The notes beneath the pieces were generated by a model. It was not told the origin of the DNA. It made no database searches and saw only the letters and a list, made by a program, of their open reading frames with translations. A DNA stretch of 64,000 nucleotides from Neoechinorhynchus agilis (lineage: Eukaryota > Animalia > Acanthocephala): assembly GCA_051530055.1 (NCBI GenBank), contig CM121342.1, forward strand, positions 6,740,864 through 6,804,863, written 5' to 3'. Below are positions 26,691 to 36,281 of this stretch, one piece after another. Both the position numbers and the translations under genes were made by a program. Each line of letters opens with the position of its first letter. Within the stretch, counting starts at the first letter, position 1.

Positions 26691-26826
26691 TATTGTTAAC
26701 AACAAAATCTCTGAAAGGCACCGAATTTCAATCCAGGACATTGAAATATAGCCACATTTTCTTGTTAATTTATTAGGCGAATACGTTTATTTCGCTCTAA
26801 TTACTCATTCTCATCCATTTGTACTT

Positions 26827-27394
26827 TTATAATTTTCTTCCCTTTCGTTTAAGTGGTCTTGCAATATTTCTTGTCTCTATCGACTCCACAACCGACGTCT
26901 TTATGATCTCAAAGAACTCGATTAGTGCCGTTTGATCACTTGTAGAATCGCAGTTCGGATCCAGGATCCTCGTGAACGCAGGAGAGAACAATAAGCGGAA
27001 ACGTTTTACATGAAGCGAATACTCGAGTTCCGAGATTCCCATTGCCTCGGCGCACTTCCTGAATAGCTGTGAAAGTGCAAGCCATTCGTTCTCAGTATCG
27101 TCAACGGATACTTCGTCCAAGGTTATCATATTTTTCGCGAGAACGCGGGGGGACAGAATACGTGAATTGATCTATAGTCTCAGAATTTAATAAATTTCGA
27201 ATGATACCTTGATTGCAAGCAATTAAAGATTCTTTTCTTAGAAGTCGTGCACCTTGGCTTTGTCGCAAAGTTATTGGCCAGGAATCACATGGAAGTTTGG
27301 CACGGAGGTAGAACAAAGCACGCGGGGAGAGTTTGCGCTGGGCAACTCGAAGGAACGATTGATCGGAGATGCACCGTAGGAAATTGTCGATGTT
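26827..27394 (-). pseudogene. Gene Y, 5'-truncated copy cut at 27394 by the start of the next cassette
   Basis: Matches gene Y from NIDNFLRC to the NLS, with a frameshift in a C6 run. Confidence 0.9.
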
Positions 27395-28151
27395 GAACAA
27401 CAATTCTATTGGCTAATCGAACAACCGGTACGTCAGAGAAATCGTTTTCTAATCTACTTCGATTCGCGAATATTCTGGAATTTTTAGTCTTTATCCATTA
27501 GCGTGACTTCATAATATTTTAGCGTTTATCATTTAAAACACCGAATAGTTTCATAGTACAACCAGGATTTTAGAACTTTTTTATTTACACCACTATTACG
27601 TAATTTATAGTCAACTAATTTAGATTTTTTTTAATCTTCGATTATTTTCGTCTTATTGTGGTGGCAATAGTTGTCACTGAACAAAATATCACCGGATGTT
27701 AACGTATACATTACTGTTATTGCAATCAACGGATATCGTCGAAAATAGATGGAATACGGACTCTAAAACTGCTCAAACTTAAATCTATCGATAAAACTAC
27801 GCCGTTATTAAAACATCACCGCTACAATCAATAATCTTGCAATCACTTCTCCTACAACCGATAATAAACATTGAATTTTAGCGTTACAAATCAATGTGTA
27901 TTTGATGTCCACCTTCATTCGGTCCAGCCCTGAAGATGCTGAATACTTTTGTGTCGTAAAATTAACTATTTTGATAACTGCTGAATAAGTGGAAAACGTT
28001 TCAGTAAATACTGGATTGCGTAAATAATATCACTGCAAACAATACGATCAAATTGATAATTTTTTATTCTTAGATAATTTTTATCGGTTTAATTATCATA
28101 TTTGAATGCTACTTCTTTATAGTTTCAACCATTTAGGCCTCATTTCAACAC

Positions 28152-28950
28152 ATGATGCAAGTTATCTATTCGAATAAATTATTCGCCGGGGCATGTCTCA
28201 CAAGCGGGTTTCATCGAATTTTCACAGCTCCGATTGTGAATATTTATCCATGGGTCGTTAAAAGGCCTCGTTACATCTCCGCATTAATTGATTTTGCAGA
28301 GAGATTAAATGCGGACGGTCTTCTTTCTGGAAAGGTAATTCAAATTTCACTTGCCAATAATTTGATCCTAACGAATACAGACTTTCTTTGCAAGTGCGCT
28401 CAAGGCTCCAATGCGTGTATCGGCTCTAGCAAACTCGTTGTGTCATCTAAATTGCAAAGGCAGAAATGAAGCCAATAGAGAAATGAAAAAATTGGTTGCA
28501 ATGTTTCGAGATAGGATAATCCGAGGACAGCAAGAAAGGCGAGAACGATCACTAATCACTGTTCAAGTATTTGGACAAAAACCTAGTAGTCATTTTATAA
28601 TAGAAGCTGTCGATTTGGAACATTGCATTGGAGGGGCGTGTATTCTAAGGAGCCCTAAACATAATCGAACGGTGGATAAGGATTTGCTTCTTATATCCGA
28701 AGCATCGGAATGCGTCGGCGATATGATTGCATCGTTTAATGATCAAGGTGATTGTCAAAGCTACAAGCAACTGGTTGTTGAAGGTGCCAAATTTTGTCGA
28801 GAACGTCATCCTCCAACGGTTGTTTCAAAGTCTCATCCGAAAGTCGACACATCACTGGATTATAAGTCGTGTTCATTGTGCTCGTTTAAGTTAAAGGAGG
28901 TGCCTCAAATCGTAAAATCTTTAAGAACGGGTGTTGTAGAATTTATATGA
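28152..28950 (+). CDS. Gene X, copy 2 (46-nt intron 28335-28380)
   Basis: Same two-exon structure as copy 1; the frame stays open after splicing. Confidence 0.68.
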
Positions 28951-29116
28951 ATTAAAATGGAAATAAAAAATTTTATTAGCAAAAATCTAATTATGAATTT
29001 ATAAAATCAGAGATCACCACACATATTGCGTACTTACAGTTAAAATTAATTTTTCTTTATTATAACATCATAATTCTAAAATCATTAAAAATCGAAAAGA
29101 TTCCCCGGCTTACCTA

Positions 29117-29993
29117 GTGACCTCGGTATATCACAATCCTTGCCAACAAAGCGATTTAGACATCGCAACCAATGCTCCTTTATGTTACATACCAACGAGT
29201 GTTCGTAAAACAATGAGTGATATTATTGAGTATGTTTGCCTCACTTCAGGATTCATAGAACTCGATCAAAAAACTATTGCACAAGAGCGTTCGAACGCTG
29301 TTGATGATCGAGCTGCAATTTCGATGGTCGTGAAAGCCAATTTTCACCCTAATGCTCAACTATCTCTGGAGGAACTCTACAAAGAGTGTCATACTGCTCG
29401 TTGTCTTTTGGGCGTCCTTGAAGTAAACATCGACAATTTCCTACGGTGCATCCCCGATCAATCGTTCCTTCGAGTTGCCCAGCGCAAACTCTCCCCGCGT
29501 GCTTTGTTCTACCTCCGTGCCAAACTTCCATGTGATTCCTGGCCAATAACTTTGCGACAAAGCCAAGGTGCACGACTTCTAAGAAAAGAATCTTTAATTG
29601 CTTGCAATCAAGGTATCATTCGAAATTTATTAAATTCTGAGACTATAGATCAATTCACGTATTCTGTCCCCCCGCGTTCTCGCGAAAAATATGATAACCT
29701 TGGACGAAGTATCCGTTGACGATACTGAGAACGAATGGCTTGCACTTTCACAGCTATTCAGGAAGTGCGCCGAGGCAATGGGAATCTCGGAACGCGAGTA
29801 TTCGCTTCATGTAAAACGTTTCCGCTTATTGTTCTCTCCTGCGTTCACGAGGATCCTGGATCCGAACTGCGATTCTACAAGTGATCAAACGGCACTAATC
29901 GAGTTCTTTGAGATCATAAAGACGTCGGTTGTGGAGTCGATAGAGACAAGAAATATTGCAAGACCACTTAAACGAAAGGGAAGAAAATTATAA
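29117..29993 (+). pseudogene. Gene Y, copy 2, +1 frameshift in a C-run (C6 vs C5)
   Basis: ORFs 29117..29719 and 29691..29993. Confidence 0.75.
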
Positions 29994-30129
29994 AAGTACA
30001 AATGGATGAGAATGAGTAATTAGAGCGAAATAAACGTATTCGCCTAATAAATTAACAAGAAAATGTGGCTATATTTCAATGTCCTGGATTGAATTCGGTG
30101 CCTTTCAGAGATTTTGTTGTTAACAATAT

Positions 30130-31117
30130 TCGCTGTCGGACGAGGCCTGGCATCAAACGTCCTTGCCTGTGTCGTCCGGCGGTTTATTTATCCGATATAC
30201 AGCCGATATTTCTCTGCCAGCTTATTTGGAATCGTATGAAGCAAACCGCAGAATAGTTCAGTCTTTTCTTGGCAAGAATTACACCTTGGATGAAGATTTC
30301 GTGGAGGCGCTTAATCTTTGGTGTGGATATTTAGGCAGCGAGCAGGTACCCGTCAATGGCTGCAAACGATCAGTTTGGGACTCACCCATGATAGCGAGAA
30401 TTAATCACTCTTTAATTTCAGTTTCTCGTGACCTGGTGAATCGAACTCGATTGGCGGCAGTCTCTACAAGAGAACCGGACACTTGTCTCAACGCTCTCAT
30501 AATCGCTTCTGTTGGTACTCTTCACCGTCCGCCGAGACAGTAAGGATTGCAGTGACCCGCTGAGACTTGGGGCACCGATGTGCACCTCCAATCGCTGCCG
30601 TTGTGGATCCTCCGTTGAGCCATGGGGACGCCATGGTCTCTCAGACGGCAATCAGACGGAAGGTACTTACGACATGCCGAAATGAACGCAATTCTGAGTC
30701 GTGCCCTGATCCTGGAGCCGAGCAATCTTTGCCGACTCGATAGCCGTAGACCGGACGGTGTCAAAGTATTCCTATGGGGAAGGGAGGCAAATGCCTTCTC
30801 TGGGACGCCGTTCGCAGACAGCAACATAAAAAGCGCCACTATTAAACCCGAAAGGGGAGCAGCGTCGAAATCATTATTTTGTTCCTTTTGGTGTCGAGGC
30901 ATTCGGATCGTTTGGTACCGCGGCGCAGGACCTGGTCAAGCAATTGCCAAGCAATTGCCAAGCAACGAGGGAACGCTGCATCCGTCCTTTCGACCGTTAA
31001 ACCGGGACGGCAGCCGAGTGATCCAGAGGGGCGGTGGTGCAAATGATCTTATGACTATGATTTCGCGTATTTGTGCCAAAGGGATTTCTAGAATGTCAGG
31101 TAAAAATGAACTTCATT
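30130..31117 (+). mobile_element. CRE subfamily B 3' fragment inside the cassette
   Basis: Matches 7600-8644 with deletions. Confidence 0.85.
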
Positions 31118-31352
31118 AAGTGAATACTCTTTGTAGGCTGCACAATATAAAGATTTTGCAGTTAGGCTTGGCTCCTATAACACTGCATAGAGTAATGTTG
31201 AAATGATAAGACCGTTTTAACTTAATTTATGAATAAAAATCTATAGCACAAATGCAGTGAGATCAATGTCTGAACTTCAGCAAAATATAATATAAGTTGA
31301 GCGTATAGAACAAATGCGAGATGTTGTTCCACAACAAAGCATAAAAGGCGTA

Positions 31353-32120
31353 TCAATAACTGAATACCTACAATCGCTAACGAGCATTACTATGAACATC
31401 TCACAATTCTCCGATTTTTCACGCAAATATCATTCAAGTGAGTATTCAGAAAAGCAAAATATACAATGAATTCTGAGATTAATGAAGTTCTTTAATACAT
31501 TCTCGCTCAAGTGGACAACTAACTTTCGAATGCAGAGCGAGAACGGATAACAAGTGAACTAATTGACCAAACCGATCCATAAATATTGATGGCAGCGACG
31601 GTGAATCAAAAGTGGATCAAGGCGCTGAAATATCTCATGAAAATGCTACCGTTGGAGAGATTACAAAAGCAAAACGCAGAAGTAAAAGACAGGACTGGAA
31701 ACGTCGGCCACAGTCGATGTTGCATAAAACGTGGAATAAGATAAATTTCTGAATTGTATGATTATTACGGACTTTGGCTTTGAAAGAAGTGCATATAAAG
31801 TAGTAATCCAAACGGCGAAACAGATATTGCTTGCCAACAGCGTCAATTTCAGAATGATTGCAACCAATTCACTGTCGCTGCCATCAAAAATTATGGGTTC
31901 TGTTGGATCAATTAGTTCAGTTTTGCCTTTCTCGCCCTGCATTCTAAAGTTAGTTTTCCACTTGAGCTAGAATGTATTAAAGAACTTCAATAATCCCAGG
32001 ATTTATTGCATCGTTTACCATTTTGAATATTGACTTAATGGATATTTACGTGAAGGATCGGAGAATTGGTTTGAAGTTCTTAGTAACGCTCGTTAGCAAT
32101 TGTAGGTATTCTGTTATTGA
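31353..32120. repeat. Zinc-finger-derived hairpin, copy 3 (arms ~31353-31606 and ~31867-32120)
   Basis: Same structure as 11909-12677. Confidence 0.85.
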
Positions 32121-32570
32121 GACCCTTTTATGCATCGACAGCTCGAAAAAATACTGCGCACAATGAGGCGAAATCACGAATTTATTTATTTATTTAATTG
32201 GGATATCTTAAACGTTTGAATGGTTTGTTGAAAACATTGTTAAAACCTTTGAAAAAAGGCTTCAATTTATTCTTTGAAAGTAAAGAAATTCTTAAAGTTT
32301 TGATCTGATATTGTGAACGTTTTTTGCGTGCAGGAAATTCACGGATTTTTGTATTGTCGCAAATAAACACTTTTTTCCACATTTTTGAACCAAATCACTA
32401 AAATTTTCATTCCGCAAAAAGTTATGATCGAGATTATTTATAGAAAGGAACTATGCCTAAAATCGCATGATCGAAAGTCCATATAAAATTATTTTGGTTA
32501 CAAACACTATGCAATTAAACATTTATGAGTCTAAAACATGCTTACCTCTTACCGTGTTTCTTATTCGCTT

Positions 32571-32875
32571 ATTGGCTGAAATCTCAGAAATTTGACCAAT
32601 TAAAAAAATTAGGGGTTTCATAGAACGATTAATTATAATGTGTGCCGAAAATGTATTTTTGATAAGCTAAGCTCCTTTTGCGCAAGTTTTTCTCATCTTA
32701 TATATTTTCAAGAAGTATTCCGAATTTTCCTTAGATGATATAGATGAAGCTATTTCTGTAGAGCAATCCTTTTTTAAATGGTACATTATTCTTTGCCAAT
32801 ATAAAGATGGAATTTATTAAAGAAACAAATTTTTATACCTATTTCTTATAAAATAAAACACGACATTCTATAAAA
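32571..32875 (+). promoter_or_regulatory. Putative promoter of the TBP-like gene: opposed CCAAT boxes (32571-75, 32596-600) and TATAAAA (32869-75)
   Basis: Motif match only, in AT-rich DNA; conserved in the other copies. The TSS is unknown. Confidence 0.3.
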
Positions 32876-32912
32876 TATAATTAATAGATTTTTAAATTAC
32901 TTTTAGAACAAA

Positions 32913-34049
32913 ATGGCAACCAAAGGCCTTCATGTCTATAATTTCAGTGCCAAATTTAAAATGAACAAATTGAACCTGGTTGATATCAAAAGTGCAATAC
33001 CGTCCGTAAAAATACAACGTGGACCCGCAATTCTCTACACAGTGCCGATAACCAATAAAGAACGCAATCTCATCGGGGCAACTGCTCGTATATTTCCAAG
33101 TGGCAAAGTGATTCTTAATGTACAGAAGGGTTCGGAAAGTGATGTTGAGGACTTTGCTCATCATGTAGAATATCTAATTCAAATGTCACAATGTAAATCG
33201 GGTCCTCTTCACGATTACTCGCTCACATGTGTACAAATGAAAACAAATTTAGATTTTTGTATAAAATTAGAAGCTGTTGTTGAGAACTTTAACGAAAAAA
33301 GGATCCCAAATATAAATGAGACAATAGAATATGTTGACTTTGAGCCAGAAATACGTAGAACGGCTGAAATAAAATTCAAACACTCGGATGTTAAAATGAC
33401 GCTGCACGGTAATGAATTCGTTCAACTTTCTGGTTCACGAGTGCATGAAATTCGGGAAAAGTTTGAGTTAGCAATTCCATTACTTTTGAGTTCAAGGAAC
33501 AACACAAAACCAATCAAAGCAGCGCGAAGGGCTCAAAAACGAAGATATCAAATTCAGGAGTCGGAGAATTACAGATACGCCTCACTGGACCGATTTTCTG
33601 GCAGATTGTCTGGCCGTGAGCAGTTAAATATTGAAAGTTATAGTAAATTTAAATGCAAGGACAAAGATACGCTCGATCAAAGAAAACAAAAATGTCAACG
33701 AAATACTGCACGATCCAAGGATTTTAAAAGTTTCCGATCTTATTCCAGCTACGGAGAGTTTTCGCAACTCGATCAAAGATACGTGCCATCAAATCCTGAC
33801 TGTCAGTATCCGCCAAGTATACAACAAACGAATTCTTCTTATAATGGATCTTATTATTCTGAATTACCACAAACCGATCAATGTTTGAACGTTAGGTTTG
33901 ACGGAAGCGAATTCCCGATTTGGGCAATTGATGCTTATATGATTCCCACAACAGCATTTCAAAATCAATTTTGCGGAATGAACCATTCGTTAAAAAGGAA
34001 TTCGACGGTTCAAAAATACGCACATTGTCCAGTTTTTTACAACCCGTGA
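32913..34049 (+). CDS. Divergent TBP-family (TBP-related factor) protein, 378 aa: N-terminal TBP core plus ~180 aa C-terminal extension
   Basis: ATARIFPSGKVIL aligns with TBP TALIFxSGKMV; CIKLEAVV...FEPEI with FPIRLEGLV...YEPEL; VQLSGSR..EIREKFELAIPLL with VVLTGAK..EIYEAFENIYPIL. Confidence 0.85.
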   Translation: MATKGLHVYNFSAKFKMNKLNLVDIKSAIPSVKIQRGPAILYTVPITNKERNLIGATARIFPSGKVILNVQKGSESDVEDFAHHVEYLIQMSQCKSGPLHDYSLTCVQMKTNLDFCIKLEAVVENFNEKRIPNINETIEYVDFEPEIRRTAEIKFKHSDVKMTLHGNEFVQLSGSRVHEIREKFELAIPLLLSSRNNTKPIKAARRAQKRRYQIQESENYRYASLDRFSGRLSGREQLNIESYSKFKCKDKDTLDQRKQKCQRNTARSKDFKSFRSYSSYGEFSQLDQRYVPSNPDCQYPPSIQQTNSSYNGSYYSELPQTDQCLNVRFDGSEFPIWAIDAYMIPTTAFQNQFCGMNHSLKRNSTVQKYAHCPVFYNP

Positions 34050-34479
34050 AAAACACGAAAGCGGCTTTAGTTCAAATAATCAGATAGTTTTTGTTCAGTC
34101 TATAAATAAAGAAACTAAAAATTAGTACAGTTTTAAATTTCGATGCATGAATATTTTTACAGATGTAAGGAGAGTGCTAAAAATGACAAAAAATTAATCA
34201 TTCTTTATTGTTTAATGTAGCGACACATTTTAATCATTAAGTTGCAATTAATTTTCAAAAATAACAATTCCTTTAAAAGAACAACAAATTTTTTAGTGTT
34301 TGATACAGTTCTTTACCTAATTTTTTATGTGCACTTTGCAAAAGTAACGATATCTGATTTCCATTTAAGATTTTAAATCAATTTATTTTTATGATTTTTT
34401 AGTTTAGTTGATTTAGTTATAATAAAATATTTTTATAGGCTCACATGAACTTTAGACATTTTAACAATCTTTCAATATT

Positions 34480-34989
34480 GCGTTCTTGCTAGCATCGAAG
34501 ATATTTCGATGAACATTGAAATCAATGTTCTTTAATTCAGCGTTTTCGATAGATGCGCATTCAACCATTTTTAACATACAAAGATGCTTCTGTTTGAGAT
34601 GTTCTGAATAATAAAGCTTAAAAGTTTAATTCCTCTACCTTATGAGAATTTCCGAGTTCTATAAGGATTGTACGGTACGCGTTTTAATCCAGGTCGTTTG
34701 ATGGATTCCTATTTTCGTTTTTCATGGGTGTTTCAGACAAAATCTTCAAACGGTGAAGTCGCATGTAAATTCCGGTATTGGAAACACTCACTTTTTCTAT
34801 TCGATGCTTTTCATGCTCGCATGGACCCTTACGAACGTCCTTAGTATTTGAAAGCCTTTTTATATCTTTTGAGATTTCGACAAAATCCATTTTGTTGAGA
34901 TTCGTTATTAAATTCTCATTTAGTTCCGAAATGCGAGGATTTGAATACTCATCCGTTCCTCTTTCGGACATCGACGACTTCCGAACCAC
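34480..34989 (-). pseudogene. Fragment of an unknown spliced gene truncated at the cassette right end
   Basis: ORF 34684..34989 plus a further open stretch (LYYSEHLKQKHLCMLKMVEC...NAILK) running up to the junction at ~34475. Confidence 0.35.
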
Positions 34990-35062
34990 AAAATCTTTTA
35001 TCTAAATTTTACAAGCTACCTATAATCGATGGAATAAAATCCGGATATCGTCACGGTTTAAT

Positions 35063-35272
35063 GATTGAAAAATACGATTGGGGAATTAATTGAGTTTTAC
35101 TTTAAAAATGATCACGTGCAGAAATATTTAGATCTAAATTTAATTGGAATTAAATGGTGGAAAGGGAAACCAAATGTGATAATTGTAAGATACTAATCAA
35201 AATAAAAAACAGCTTCTAGCATTAATTAGAAAAAATAGAAAGATTGCGAAAGGAAACGATGGAATGTTTTTT
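35063..35272. repeat. ~210 bp dispersed repeat, inverted copy at ~53935-54145
   Basis: Direct reverse-complement match by eye. Confidence 0.8.
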
Positions 35273-35425
35273 TTTGAAATTAAACTTATGTGTAGAACAT
35301 AATAAAGCACAAAACGTGCAATCACCACCGTCCGCAAAATCGCAGCTTCTCTCCTTCCTCCTGCTTTTGTAATCTCAGCTAATAATTAAACTGTTTCAGC
35401 TGATTGAAGAATAGTAGTTGAGCGT

Positions 35426-35543
35426 CGATGTTCAATTGTACGATTTTATTTTGATGGAAAACGATGCGGGCGATTTTTTTTATGAGGGATGTCAACAGAA
35501 CAGCAACAATTTTATAACCAAGAAGGAATGTAAGCTTAATTGT
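35426..35543 (+). pseudogene. Kunitz/BPTI domain remnant
   Basis: RCSIVRFYFDG....FFYEGCQQNSNN, then after a 1-bp shift ITKKECKLNC. This matches the Kunitz pattern C..I.RYYYD..F.YGGC.GN.NNF.T..EC...C. Confidence 0.7.
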
Positions 35544-35691
35544 CACTTGGGATTTATGAAGGGCAGTTATGACTTTTTATAAAGGAGCTTTATTAATATT
35601 CTTGCTGTTTCCGATAAGCAAACTATTTATTGTTCATATTTGCTTTTACGAAGAAATCGAGAAATGGGCAATGGTTATGAAGAACGTGAGA

Positions 35692-36151
35692 TGAAATCAC
35701 CACCGTCCGCAAAATGGGAGCTTCTCTCCTTCCTCGACTGTTGCTATAACGCTAGCAGCATTGCCTCGTTGTACTGCGAGCGAGATATTTTGTCGCAGGA
35801 ATACACCTGCTCGTGCGTCGCCGGTCGTTTCTCTCATTTTCTTCGAGAGATCCTGGAGCAGAGTGCCGAGCGCTCCATACGTCTCTACCCCAAAGGGGAC
35901 AAAATAGTGGGCCCTTGCTAAATCTCTATATTTTCGTACCTTCCTCCCTTCCGCTGAGAGAGTAGGGAATGTTGCTTACTGCGAGGGACGTGGCGTCCCA
36001 GAGAAAGCATTTGCCCTCCCGCCACGAAAAGACCGAAATTCCGTCAGGTCGACGACGGTCTAGTCGACAAAGATGGGCGGGTTCAAAGATGTTGGGGAAG
36101 TTCGCAGTTCTCAACGTCGGAGAAATTACTCTGTTGATCTCAGAATGGCGT
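35692..36151 (-). mobile_element. CRE subfamily A-like 3' fragment (a second short 3' end lies at ~35315-35395)
   Basis: MRTANFPNIFEPAHLCRLDRRRPDG. The terminal sequence AATCACCACCGTCCGCAAAAT is repeated at ~35320 and ~35695. Confidence 0.85.
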
Positions 36152-36281
36152 TGTCGTGCTCATATCCTTTTATTCTTCAACTATTTTATGTGTCAACCAA
36201 CAAATCAAAAAACTAAAACCCGCACTCGCATATCAACGTTGCACAAGTGCGCGTCACACGTTATGCCGTCATGTCACTACA
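36152..36281 (-). mobile_element. 130-bp 3' LTR of the adjacent Gypsy element
   Basis: TGTAGTG...CACGACA termini (6/7 inverted match), preceded by purine tract GAGGGCGAGAAA (36282-36293), with an internal AATAAA. It cuts the CRE fragment exactly at 36151. Confidence 0.8.

Larger units (their letters stand above)
22353..27394 (-). repeat. Inverted partial cassette copy (left arm of a ~5 kb palindrome with ~29427-34475)
   Basis: Near-identical reverse complement of the gene Y 3' half, CRE-B piece, hairpin and TBP-like gene. Confidence 0.93.
27394..34474 (+). repeat. Complete ~7.08 kb cassette copy (TGAAC...TTTCA)
   Basis: Colinear and near-identical with 57157-64000 and with 1-2510 plus 7600-12920. 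The boundaries are set by where homology between copies stops. Confidence 0.9.

Noticed and set aside
22353-27394. Fold-back assembly artifact
   Set aside because: The left arm has private differences and states shared with the distant copy 4 rather than the adjacent arm. Not fully excluded without reads.
27394-34474. Helitron, Polinton or endogenous giant-virus origin of the cassette
   Set aside because: No 5' TC or 3' hairpin-CTRR ends, no Rep/helicase, polB, integrase or capsid genes, and gene X has a spliceosomal intron.
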